Virus record (IMG/VR): IMGVR_UViG_3300042862_000198
Location: 1 to 64,000 of that record
Source of the DNA: a virus
DNA length: 64,000 nt
Direction: 5' to 3' (one strand)
In this document: positions 10,307 through 18,620 of the stretch, in pieces
Layout: each line of letters opens with the position of its first letter
Position numbering within the stretch: position 1 is the first letter of the stretch
The notes under the pieces: model-generated
Told to the model about the DNA's origin: nothing
What the model saw: the letters and a program-made list of their open reading frames with translations, nothing else
Databases searched by the model: none
Position numbers and translations under genes: made by a program

Positions 10307-10555
10307 TTATTCTGATTTAAAGGTTTCGTTGTAGTATTGTTCAGCATCTAATTTACACTCTATTCCATCAGGCACATTTGATTTCCAACATTCTACAAAT
10401 GCATCTTTCATCTGCTCCTTTTCCATTTCTTTGGCTTGATTAAGTATTAAATCTAAATAATATTTATACTCAGATATTTCAATTTCATTTATTTCTAATT
10501 GATTAAATAGATGTGCTTGTTGTTCTTCCAACCATTCTACTGCTGTTTGTTTCAT
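10307..10555 (-). CDS. MKQTAVEWL-family cassette protein
   Basis: MKQTAVEWL...AKEMEKEQ...EQYYNETFKSE. Confidence 0.75.
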   Translation of the reverse strand: MKQTAVEWLEEQQAHLFNQLEINEIEISEYKYYLDLILNQAKEMEKEQMKDAFVECWKSNVPDGIECKLDAEQYYNETFKSE

Positions 10556-10556
10556 C

Positions 10557-10778
10557 TTATTCTGATTTAAAGGTTTCATTGTAGTATTGCTCAGGATTAT
10601 ATAAATCTCCCTTACCACCTCCTATAACATAGCCAAATGTGTGTGCTTCAGTAATCTGCTCCTTCTCCATTTCTTTGGCTTGTTCAATCAATTCAGAAGT
10701 TATAACTCCATTAAAGATAAAATCTCCTTTGACATGAGCTCCTCTTAATTCTTCTATCAACCATTCTACTGCTGTCAT
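10557..10778 (-). CDS. MKQTAVEWL-family cassette protein
   Basis: MTAVEWL...AKEMEKEQ...EQYYNETFKSE. Confidence 0.75.
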   Translation of the reverse strand: MTAVEWLIEELRGAHVKGDFIFNGVITSELIEQAKEMEKEQITEAHTFGYVIGGGKGDLYNPEQYYNETFKSE

Positions 10779-10779
10779 C

Positions 10780-10977
10780 TTATTCTGATTTAAAGGTTTC
10801 GTTGTAGTATCTATCACCATCTCCATCACAATGTGGCTCACCATTAAAAGCATCCATTATCTGCTCCTTCTCCATTTCTAATGCTTTATCCCAACAATCA
10901 CTGTTGTAATTAAATTCTTCTTCACTATATGGTTCTGAGTTTAAGTTTTCTAATAACCATTCTACTGCTGTTTTCAT
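10780..10977 (-). CDS. MKQTAVEWL-family cassette protein
   Basis: MKTAVEWL...ALEMEKEQ...YYNETFKSE. Confidence 0.75.
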   Translation of the reverse strand: MKTAVEWLLENLNSEPYSEEEFNYNSDCWDKALEMEKEQIMDAFNGEPHCDGDGDRYYNETFKSE

Positions 10978-11040
10978 ATTTTTTTTTAAATTAAACTGTC
11001 CCAAATATTAGCTAAATTTGGGACAAATGGGTGTAAATAG

Positions 11041-11430
11041 CTAAGATATGAATCCTTTTCCATTTTTTATCATGTTTAACACTTCTAATTTTTCCTCATC
11101 TGTTAGTCTAACAGGTAGCTCATACTCTTTTGTATTGTCCAACCTACACTGCTCTACCTCTTCCCATAATGACTTAATATCATAACAAATAGGTAAGCCG
11201 TCATTAGTAGTTGCTTGGTCAATTGTTCCAACAGGGTCTCTCTCATATAGATACCAATAAATCCAATCTGTTCCCTCCTTACCATAGTAAACATCTAACA
11301 AAATATTTATCACTGAGGCATAATTATCTGAGAAATTAATAGTGTCTATATCTAATACATACAATGCATGTTCCTTATCTGATTGCTTCCTAAGTTTGTT
11401 TAGGATTTCTGTAAATACTTCTAGTTTCAT
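11041..11430 (-). CDS. hypothetical protein
   Basis: DWIYWYLYE motif, 129 aa. Confidence 0.7.
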   Translation of the reverse strand: MKLEVFTEILNKLRKQSDKEHALYVLDIDTINFSDNYASVINILLDVYYGKEGTDWIYWYLYERDPVGTIDQATTNDGLPICYDIKSLWEEVEQCRLDNTKEYELPVRLTDEEKLEVLNMIKNGKGFIS

Positions 11431-11511
11431 GTTGTTAAATTTTTAAATGTTAATCGGAAATATGTCTATTATGTAAAGCATAACTAACAAAAATGTAGAT
11501 TTTTGTAAACT

Positions 11512-11700
11512 TTATTTAGCATTATCTCTATAATCTATTACAAATCCAATGGCTACAATAATGTTCATACCACAGGACATTAGTATCTCATGGATATCAG
11601 CATACACATTTGTTGAAAGATGTACATGACCTACCATCCAAAAAGGTATGGACAAGTTTTGGCTTATCCATACCAATAGATATTTTGTAAAATGTTTCAG
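11512..11700 (-). CDS. small membrane protein, CTG start or lost start
   Basis: Open frame (L)KHFTKYLLVWISQNLSIPFWMVGHVHL...DNAK*. Confidence 0.5.
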   Translation of the reverse strand: MKHFTKYLLVWISQNLSIPFWMVGHVHLSTNVYADIHEILMSCGMNIIVAIGFVIDYRDNAK

Positions 11701-11701
11701 T

Positions 11702-12250
11702 TTAACTATTTAAATATTGTTTGTTTTTGTTTCTTGCATAAATACCAAGAGGTAAAATAAGAAAACCTATTAAAAATGGTAGTGTAACAACACCTAAAAT
11801 TATATATGCTGTAGCAACATGCTTTTTTGCATACCAAGGTTTATCATTTTCTTCTTTAGCTTTATTAATATTCTCTATAATAGCACTGTATTTTTTATCA
11901 AAGTCAGAATCAGATAATACTATAACTTGAGATAAATGTTCTATTAAATCTTTAAAATGATAATTTGCATTTTGTACTTCTACATCTGTATCAAAAGAAC
12001 CTATCTTTCTTCTTATTTCCATTGTAATTTCTGTTGAAGTATCAGATTTCTTTACTAAATTAAAATCAATAAATACACCTAAAGATAAGAATTCTAAACA
12101 TTCTAATATTACTTGATTAAATATTGGATTAACTTCTGTTAATTTATATTTACTATCTGAAACAACTTGAACTTTTGGTATACTTTTCATTACTTGTTCA
12201 ATTGAAAATTCAATTGTAACTGTTTTCTTTGGATTTGGTATTGTAAACAT
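11702..12250 (-). CDS. membrane-anchored hypothetical protein
   Basis: C-terminal hydrophobic segment. Confidence 0.7.
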   Translation of the reverse strand: MFTIPNPKKTVTIEFSIEQVMKSIPKVQVVSDSKYKLTEVNPIFNQVILECLEFLSLGVFIDFNLVKKSDTSTEITMEIRRKIGSFDTDVEVQNANYHFKDLIEHLSQVIVLSDSDFDKKYSAIIENINKAKEENDKPWYAKKHVATAYIILGVVTLPFLIGFLILPLGIYARNKNKQYLNS

Positions 12251-12275
12251 ATTTTTTTATTTATTTAATTATTAA

Positions 12276-12587
12276 TTATTTATTTATTTCTTTATAATAT
12301 AGCATTTCTTTAAGAAGTTTATTTTCTTCTAATAGTAAATTGCATCTTTCAGCATCTCTATACATAAAAATGCTTGTAAGTATACCCATAGTAAGTCCTA
12401 TTACTACACCTATAAATGCATAAGTATATTCTGAACTTTTCTTTACTGGTTTCTTTTTAGATGTAATAGGTTTCCAACCATATTCTTTTTCTTGTCTATG
12501 TTCATTAAGACTGCTCCCATTCAATATTTCCTTCATTTTTTGGTTTTTTAATATTATTTTGAGACCTTTCATATTCTCTCCATTCAT
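12276..12587 (-). CDS. hypothetical membrane protein
   Basis: One TM segment; start uncertain. Confidence 0.55.
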   Translation of the reverse strand: MNGENMKGLKIILKNQKMKEILNGSSLNEHRQEKEYGWKPITSKKKPVKKSSEYTYAFIGVVIGLTMGILTSIFMYRDAERCNLLLEENKLLKEMLYYKEINK

Positions 12588-12696
12588 AAATTTTTAGATC
12601 ATTCATCTTTGCTAAGTCAGCTATAGTAGCTTCCTGTGGTATTTCTCCATTATTTGCATGTAATAACTCATAATATAATTCTTTCATTTTCCCCAT
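12505..12696 (-). CDS. hypothetical protein
   Basis: MGKMKELY N-terminus. Confidence 0.6.
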   Translation of the reverse strand: MGKMKELYYELLHANNGEIPQEATIADLAKMNDLKIYEWREYERSQNNIKKPKNEGNIEWEQS

Positions 12697-13136
12697 AACT
12701 TTAAACTATTAGTTACCAATCTTTTTATTGTTTTTGCTGTAGATTTTTCATTTATAATATCTCTGTAAGCTCTTATTTTTTCTAAAGTTTTAATATCAAA
12801 AGATATTGTAATATATTTATCTTTTTTATATTTATTACTAAAACTTGGAAAATCATACGGATATTTAATTAAATATTCTTTGGCATTTTCTTTAAATACA
12901 TTATCACCATATTCTAATAAAGTATAAGGAAGTTTTTTAGATACTGAAACTGATACTCTTTTTATATTATATATAGTAGAAATTTTTTCTTCAGTATAGC
13001 CAAACTTGTAATACAATATAGCAATTAGATAATTTCTTTTATCTAACATTGGTCTTAATCTTTTTTTAGGGGAATTTTGAAATTCATATACTAAAGCATC
13101 ACACTCTTTTAGAATGTCATTAACTGTATATTCCAT
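12684..13136 (-). CDS. putative DNA-binding protein
   Basis: RNYLIAILY..FGYTEEKI HTH-like segment. Confidence 0.45.
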   Translation of the reverse strand: MEYTVNDILKECDALVYEFQNSPKKRLRPMLDKRNYLIAILYYKFGYTEEKISTIYNIKRVSVSVSKKLPYTLLEYGDNVFKENAKEYLIKYPYDFPSFSNKYKKDKYITISFDIKTLEKIRAYRDIINEKSTAKTIKRLVTNSLKLWGK

Positions 13137-13141
13137 AATTT

Positions 13142-13318
13142 TTATATAAAAAAAGGAAAGAATATTCCTTTAATCTCTGATATTAGTACGCCTAATGTTA
13201 TAGTATTTAAAAAGCCATGATTATTAGACCATAAATATAAGAAATAAAGAGCCATTATCTGACTCATTATTAGATATATAACTGATATTAAACCTATAAT
13301 GTTTATAAATTTATACAT
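13142..13318 (-). CDS. small membrane protein (58 aa)
   Basis: Manual translation MYKFINIIGLISVIYLIMSQ...FPFFI*. Confidence 0.55.
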   Translation of the reverse strand: MYKFINIIGLISVIYLIMSQIMALYFLYLWSNNHGFLNTITLGVLISEIKGIFFPFFI

Positions 13319-13336
13319 AAACTTTATTTATTTAGA

Positions 13337-13792
13337 TTAACAGCAGCTTGTCCCAGGTGTACAACAAGATTTTACTTTTTCCTTATTTATTTCTAAGGTA
13401 GGAATACCACATTTATCTAAAGCAAGGCAAGCTGTATTTGTACTAATTAATTGAAAGATACCATTAGTAAATACAACTCCATACTTTTCAATAGTTTCTC
13501 CTTGATATTCCATTTCAATTTCATAATTTCCAATTTCTAATTTTTTTTCAGAAAGTTCAATAATTGAATTGAGTTTACTTGGTTCTAATCTATGCAAAAA
13601 ATCTATACTTTGCCAAAGTTGCATAGAAATAACTTCTACATTTCTAATAGTTCCTCCACAGTCAATAAATTTTTTACTGATTTGTCCCACTTCTGTAATG
13701 TGAAAATGTTCTGGAATCTTATTTCCGTTTGGTTTTAAAAAGGTTACTTCTGAAACTACTTTTAAAGATTGTTTAAATTCTGATAATATCAT
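13337..13792 (-). CDS. DUF6428-family protein (host-like)
   Basis: PEHFHITEVG, FIDCGG, QLW, EYQGETI, TACLALDKCG, terminal CCTPGTSCC. Confidence 0.8.
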   Translation of the reverse strand: MILSEFKQSLKVVSEVTFLKPNGNKIPEHFHITEVGQISKKFIDCGGTIRNVEVISMQLWQSIDFLHRLEPSKLNSIIELSEKKLEIGNYEIEMEYQGETIEKYGVVFTNGIFQLISTNTACLALDKCGIPTLEINKEKVKSCCTPGTSCC

Positions 13793-13806
13793 TTTAATTT
13801 ATTTAT

Positions 13807-14088
13807 TTAGATTAATTCAAGACATGCTTCTTCAATATTTACTTCTTCTTTTGTTTCTTCTTTCATATTAGATAAAAGTTCAATTGGTAAAAATCTTGAT
13901 GCATCATAAAGTTCATAAGGAAATGATCTGCTTGATAGTTGTACTTCTTTAAGTAAAAAACCATAAGTTTCTTTTTGTAAACCCATTCTAACAATTCTGG
14001 TTACAGTATAAGTATCACCTTCTTTTACCCATTCTTCAATAGGTACATTTTTTGGCTTTTTATCAGCATCAATACAAATCACTTTCAT
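13807..14088 (-). CDS. hypothetical protein
   Basis: MKVICID...YTV...YDASRF. Confidence 0.7.
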   Translation of the reverse strand: MKVICIDADKKPKNVPIEEWVKEGDTYTVTRIVRMGLQKETYGFLLKEVQLSSRSFPYELYDASRFLPIELLSNMKEETKEEVNIEEACLELI

Positions 14089-14323
14089 ATTCTTCTAATT
14101 CAACTTTAATATTTAAGTTATCAAAGGTAGTTTTTAATTCAAACATATCCATAAAATCTCCATGTTTTATTTCACACTTGCCTTTGTTATGTGCTATTAG
14201 AGCACACTGTTCTGCCTGTACTACTTCATGTTTACATAGACCTATTAAACAGGCCATAATATATTCATGTGAGTTTACATTATCATTATATAACATAATC
14301 TTATGTGTTTGTATATCTTCCAT
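14069..14323 (-). CDS. clpS: ClpS-like Clp protease adaptor
   Basis: LYNDNVNS.EYI, QAEQCALIAHNKGKC motifs. Confidence 0.8.
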   Translation of the reverse strand: MEDIQTHKIMLYNDNVNSHEYIMACLIGLCKHEVVQAEQCALIAHNKGKCEIKHGDFMDMFELKTTFDNLNIKVELEEYESDLY

Positions 14324-14341
14324 ACTTTTAATATATACAAA

Positions 14342-15433
14342 TTATACGGAAATATTATAATTTTTCCATACAATTTTAGTTTGATCAAAATCTTCTAAGG
14401 CTTCTTTAACCCATTTTTCATCTACAGTATTCATATAACATAGTATATGTACAATAGCTTTATCATCAGGATTTAACCGGAGTAACCTACCTATTCTTTG
14501 ACTAGCTTTTCTTTCATTACCATATGAATGCATAATAATACCTTGTTTAAGATTAGATATATTTACACCTTCATTTAACTGCATAACAGTAGAAAGTTTT
14601 AAAATAGACCCTTCTTTAAACATTTCAAGATTTTCTTCAGATTTAGGATTATTACTATGATAACTATGAGAACATAATCTATCAGCTTGATCTTGTGTAT
14701 TAGCAAATACAATACACTTAGTATTAATGCTATCCATTAACTTTTTAGTATATTTTTCTTTACTTCCATACTCCATCATTGCTTTCATTCTCATTACTCT
14801 AAGAATATGGACAGGTCCAGAACCAGTTTCAAGTCTTTGACCCCAATAATTATAGTTTTGTACTTCAGAACTCATAAAACTTTTATTCTTCATTACTACA
14901 GAATAATTTTTTTCATTACTAAGTTCTAACTCATGTACTATAATTTGGTAATCATTTAGTATTCCTTGTTCTATAGCAGAGTCTGCTTTAAAAGTATATA
15001 TTACAGGACAAAATTCCTGTATTAATCTACCTTTTTCAGAATCTTTATATCTTGGAGGAGTACCAGTAAGACCAATTATCTTTCCTTTATATAGTTGTAG
15101 AAATCCTCTATGACTATCTAATAAACTATGAGCTTCATCTAAATACACTGCATCATAATCAGCAGGATTATGTTTATTTAAACTTAGATAAGTTGTAAAT
15201 GTAATCCTACTTAATTGTTCAAGCATATCAAACTTTGTTGCATCATCTTTCCAAGATTGAAAAATAGATTTTTTAGGAGCAACTACTAATGTCCTCATAA
15301 GAGGTGTAGTATAAAGTTGCATATGTTTTAGGCCAACAAGGGTCTTACCTACACCAGTTCCAAGCACAATGCTACATCTTTGTTTACCTTCAGTAGCTTT
15401 TAATGCTTCTACTTGTATTTCTTCTCTATTCAT
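14342..15433 (-). CDS. superfamily 2 DExH helicase
   Basis: GTGVGKT, DEAH, GLTGT, NEGVNI, QRIGRLLR. Confidence 0.9.
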   Translation of the reverse strand: MNREEIQVEALKATEGKQRCSIVLGTGVGKTLVGLKHMQLYTTPLMRTLVVAPKKSIFQSWKDDATKFDMLEQLSRITFTTYLSLNKHNPADYDAVYLDEAHSLLDSHRGFLQLYKGKIIGLTGTPPRYKDSEKGRLIQEFCPVIYTFKADSAIEQGILNDYQIIVHELELSNEKNYSVVMKNKSFMSSEVQNYNYWGQRLETGSGPVHILRVMRMKAMMEYGSKEKYTKKLMDSINTKCIVFANTQDQADRLCSHSYHSNNPKSEENLEMFKEGSILKLSTVMQLNEGVNISNLKQGIIMHSYGNERKASQRIGRLLRLNPDDKAIVHILCYMNTVDEKWVKEALEDFDQTKIVWKNYNISV

Positions 15434-15699
15434 TTTTTAAGTGCTTTAAATTCTGCATTCATTTTAAGTTTTACATCTGTTGCAATATGATCTTTTACTG
15501 TAAATGAAGTTTTAGTTAATTTAATTAACCAACTATTTGGCAACCAAATTTCTATTTTAGGTATAATTTCAAATAATGTAGCTTTTTCTGTTTTTGTTAC
15601 AATTCTTTTAAAACTAAATTTACTATAACCTTGATTAAAATATTGTCTCATAATGTTTATATTAAGAATCCAAGCATTGTTGCCTTTGCTTGGATTCAT
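15430..15699 (-). CDS. hypothetical protein
   Basis: TEKATLF...IWLPNS. Confidence 0.6.
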   Translation of the reverse strand: MNPSKGNNAWILNINIMRQYFNQGYSKFSFKRIVTKTEKATLFEIIPKIEIWLPNSWLIKLTKTSFTVKDHIATDVKLKMNAEFKALKK

Positions 15700-15707
15700 T
15701 ATTTATT

Positions 15708-16460
15708 TTAAATTAAATTAAATACATTTTTTTGTATAAATTCATTAGCAGAAGAAGGATCTGACATAACTTTAATTGTCTTGATATGTTCTTCAATGTT
15801 AGCTAAAGTTCTTTTATGATCATATGTAGCATATGCTTGAATAAATACACTTAAGAATTGTTTCTTAACCCATCTATCAGCAACACCAATTTTAATAAAC
15901 AAATCACTAAATGCTTTACACATTTCTGCAGCTTTTGGATTAGTAATTTGAAATTCTCCATTTTTAATTTTAGTACTTGCTGCAAATACACTGTTATAAG
16001 ATGATCCATTATTACAAATTGCTGCAATCATTAAAGATTCTAAATTATATAAACCCATATACATTGAAAGAGTAACATAATCTGGATTACAAAATGAAAA
16101 TGCATGTATGTAATCTTTTAATTGCCATGCTTTAGATGAATTATTATAATAAGCCATCTTTTTAATAAGATCATCCTTATCAACTACTTCTATATATTCA
16201 TATCTTACTGGAATCTGTTCTCTTCTACAACATTCTAATAAATGGTCACCATCTATTACATATGTTAATTTTGATCCAGTAAAGAAATCTACTTTACAAC
16301 AAATAACTTGTCTTGTTAATCCTGAATAACGTATACTTTCTACTAATTCTTGTGTATGCTTAGATAATGTTGGTCTTTGCATTGGTAACCTATTAAACAT
16401 ATTATAATTTGTTGTAATAGGAATTTTAATAAAATCATTTTTTGTGTCTTTCATAATCAT
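15708..16460 (-). CDS. ParB-like N-terminal domain protein
   Basis: LVESIRYSGL, YVIDGDHLL, N...KAWQLKDY. Confidence 0.65.
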   Translation of the reverse strand: MIMKDTKNDFIKIPITTNYNMFNRLPMQRPTLSKHTQELVESIRYSGLTRQVICCKVDFFTGSKLTYVIDGDHLLECCRREQIPVRYEYIEVVDKDDLIKKMAYYNNSSKAWQLKDYIHAFSFCNPDYVTLSMYMGLYNLESLMIAAICNNGSSYNSVFAASTKIKNGEFQITNPKAAEMCKAFSDLFIKIGVADRWVKKQFLSVFIQAYATYDHKRTLANIEEHIKTIKVMSDPSSANEFIQKNVFNLI

Positions 16461-16475
16461 AAATTTTAAATCATA

Positions 16476-16517
16476 TTATTTTAAAAATCCAAGTATTCTA
16501 GCCTCTTCAGGATGTTC
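16476..16517 (-). pseudogene. orphan 3' end of an HNH gene
   Basis: Encodes EHPEEARILGFLK*, versus ENPEQARILGFLK* ending the gene at 18621. Confidence 0.75.
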
Positions 16518-16593
16518 ATTTTATTATTATTATTGTTCTTGTTATTTAAAGGTTAGACCATTTTGTTGGCTTCAACAATATGGTTATTCTGAT

Positions 16594-16950
16594 TTAAAGT
16601 TTAATTATTTCTCTTACAAGGAACTGAATCAGATAAGCATACACCTCTTCTGTCTCAAACCCTGGTTGTACTCCTATTTTATTAAGAACAGCATATGCTG
16701 CATGATATGCTTCATGAGCTACCAAACCAAGTGTATCAGGTTCCTTTTTAATTTTACCTCTAAACCTAACTATTATAAAACCATCACTATGTGTCACAGT
16801 TCTAGCATCTGACTTCCAATCATCAAATGCTAGATCAAATTGTTCTCTTGTAAATCTATGACATAGGCGGTCATATAACTTATCATCAGATTGGTTGATG
16901 GATACTAATACATCAGTAGAAAACACATCAACAGGTATTATTTTAAACAT
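16594..16950 (-). CDS. HExxH metallopeptidase-like protein
   Basis: VAHEAYH...EEVYAYL; start MFKIIP after junction repeat. Confidence 0.65.
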   Translation of the reverse strand: MFKIIPVDVFSTDVLVSINQSDDKLYDRLCHRFTREQFDLAFDDWKSDARTVTHSDGFIIVRFRGKIKKEPDTLGLVAHEAYHAAYAVLNKIGVQPGFETEEVYAYLIQFLVREIIKL

Positions 16951-16951
16951 T

Positions 16952-17146
16952 TTATTCTGATTTAAAGATTTCATTGTAGTATTGTTCAGGTTTAAATTGT
17001 TTTTCTGCCATATCATAACTACCCATTATATAGGCATCGGTTATCTGCTCCTTCTCCATTTCTTTGGCTATTTCTGCCATACTAATAGAAATACCACCAA
17101 CTTTCTTGTACTGTTCAACCAACCATTCTACTGCTGTTTGTTTCAT
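16952..17146 (-). CDS. MKQTAVEWL-family cassette protein
   Basis: Same conserved ends as the 10.3-11.0 kb copies. Confidence 0.75.
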   Translation of the reverse strand: MKQTAVEWLVEQYKKVGGISISMAEIAKEMEKEQITDAYIMGSYDMAEKQFKPEQYYNEIFKSE

Positions 17147-17151
17147 ATCCT

Positions 17152-17385
17152 TTATTTTAAAATTTCTTTTAATTTTTCAGTTAATATAACAATTGCTCTA
17201 CATTCACCCCCCGGGAATGTGTGATTGAATTTAATTTCCTTAGCATATGCTGCAATCTTATCAATAACCTCTGCCGTTGTAGTCTCTGGCATGTCATATG
17301 TGGTTAATTCCTCTTCCATAACTTTTTTCTTTTTTTTAATTAATAATTTATTTATCCTTTTTCTTATACTTTTATGATATATCAA
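17152..17385 (-). CDS. hypothetical protein
   Basis: Probably starts at MEEELT. Confidence 0.5.
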   Translation of the reverse strand: MIYHKSIRKRINKLLIKKKKKVMEEELTTYDMPETTTAEVIDKIAAYAKEIKFNHTFPGGECRAIVILTEKLKEILK

Positions 17386-17422
17386 GTTCTTTTCCTAACC
17401 ATTCTACTGCTGTTTGTTTCAT
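17372..17422 (-). pseudogene. truncated MKQTAVEWL cassette
   Basis: MKQTAVEWLGKELDIS*. Confidence 0.7.
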
Positions 17423-17616
17423 TGTTCTTGTTGTTTAATATGTTCAAATACAATTTCTTTATTCTCAACTCTTACACAACACCCATCATAGATTAATTTT
17501 CCACTTTCTTTATGTGTATAAAAAAAGTATTCTGATTCTTCTGAATCTTTAATTACATAGCCATTATTATCTGTTGGTGTAATTTTAATTGGTAATTTTA
17601 AATTTAATTGTTCCAT
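17419..17616 (-). CDS. hypothetical protein
   Basis: Ends KQQEQ* overlapping the next cassette ATG. Confidence 0.6.
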   Translation of the reverse strand: MEQLNLKLPIKITPTDNNGYVIKDSEESEYFFYTHKESGKLIYDGCCVRVENKEIVFEHIKQQEQ

Positions 17617-17633
17617 TTTTATTTGTTTTTAAG

Positions 17634-17676
17634 TTATACTTTTTCTTTTAACCATTCTACTGGTTGTTTGTTTCAT
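17634..17676 (-). pseudogene. frameshifted MKQTAVEWL cassette remnant
   Basis: ATGAAACAAACA(A)CCAGTAGAATGGTTAAAAGAAAAAGTATAA. Confidence 0.65.
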
Positions 17677-17680
17677 AATC

Positions 17681-17941
17681 TTATTTCTTTTTATATTGTT
17701 CAAACATTCTAATTGTAAAGTCTTTTATTCTCATATATGGAATTTTAACTTTATCATTTATAGTTCTTTGAATTAACATTCCTTCTTCACAAGAAAGTTT
17801 AATTATTTCTATTACTTCTTCCTCACTATAACCTTGTTGTTGCTTCTCCATTTCTTTGGCTTTGTATTCTATTGCCATTGGAATAACTGTTCCATTAATA
17901 TTTAATTGCTCTATTAACCATTCTACTGCTGTTTGTTTCAT
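17681..17941 (-). CDS. MKQTAVEWL-family cassette protein (YSEEEV C-terminal type)
   Basis: MKQTAVEWL...AKEMEKQQQGYSEEEV. Confidence 0.75.
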   Translation of the reverse strand: MKQTAVEWLIEQLNINGTVIPMAIEYKAKEMEKQQQGYSEEEVIEIIKLSCEEGMLIQRTINDKVKIPYMRIKDFTIRMFEQYKKK

Positions 17942-17957
17942 TGTTCTTGTTGTTTAA

Positions 17958-18584
17958 TTAATTACTAAAATTCCATTTAAAACCACCTGCTGTTTTTCTA
18001 TTACCTGATGCACATTTACTAATTGATGCTCTATCAATGTTTGTTTCATTACTTGCAAATTTCATAGAAGAATACTCTTTAATGAAAATATCATCTTTTG
18101 TGTATTGTTTTATAGGTATTCTTTTTTTTTCATAAACACTTTCAACAAAAGGAATACCCTTCATTCTTTGTCTAGCAGATTCTTTTCTTTCTTCTGTATA
18201 AGGAATTGTAGGGCATCTTGCAAGTTTACTTGAATTGTAACTAGGATTTAATAGATCTAAATAATATTGTTCTCTTTCAAGTATATAAGCTCTATTTGTT
18301 GAATCAATAACTTCAATAATCTCAAACCTTAAGCCTTCAATACCATATTTATTTACAACATTTTGTAAATATCTAGAGTTATGTTTATTTTTTTCTAAAC
18401 TTCTTAAATGTTCTCTAAATCTTTTATAAAATCCAAGCTCACATTTTTTTTTACCCATTGTTCCTGAAGCACTACCAATATAAAATATATCAGTTTTAGA
18501 AACATGATATATTTTATATATACCCAAGCTTGTCAATTGCTCTAACATTGCTGGTGTAGAAATTTTGTTTGTTAATCTTCCCAT
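17958..18584 (-). CDS. GIY-YIG homing endonuclease with NUMOD1 domain
   Basis: GIYKI..FYIGSA, RF.EH, ERE.YY; C-terminal ISKCASGNRKTAGGFKW. Confidence 0.9.
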   Translation of the reverse strand: MGRLTNKISTPAMLEQLTSLGIYKIYHVSKTDIFYIGSASGTMGKKKCELGFYKRFREHLRSLEKNKHNSRYLQNVVNKYGIEGLRFEIIEVIDSTNRAYILEREQYYLDLLNPSYNSSKLARCPTIPYTEERKESARQRMKGIPFVESVYEKKRIPIKQYTKDDIFIKEYSSMKFASNETNIDRASISKCASGNRKTAGGFKWNFSN

Positions 18585-18620
18585 GTCACAAATGTAACAT
18601 AAATTAATTAAAAATCAAAA

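Larger units (their letters stand above)
10303..10810 (-). repeat. three ~35-bp direct repeats at gene junctions
   Basis: ATACTACAA(C/T)GAAACCTTTAAATCAGAATAAGATG at about 10303, 10553 and 10776; related copy at about 16948. Confidence 0.9.

Noticed and set aside
10303-10810. CRISPR array
   Set aside because: Repeats are coding gene junctions about 220-250 bp apart; no cas genes
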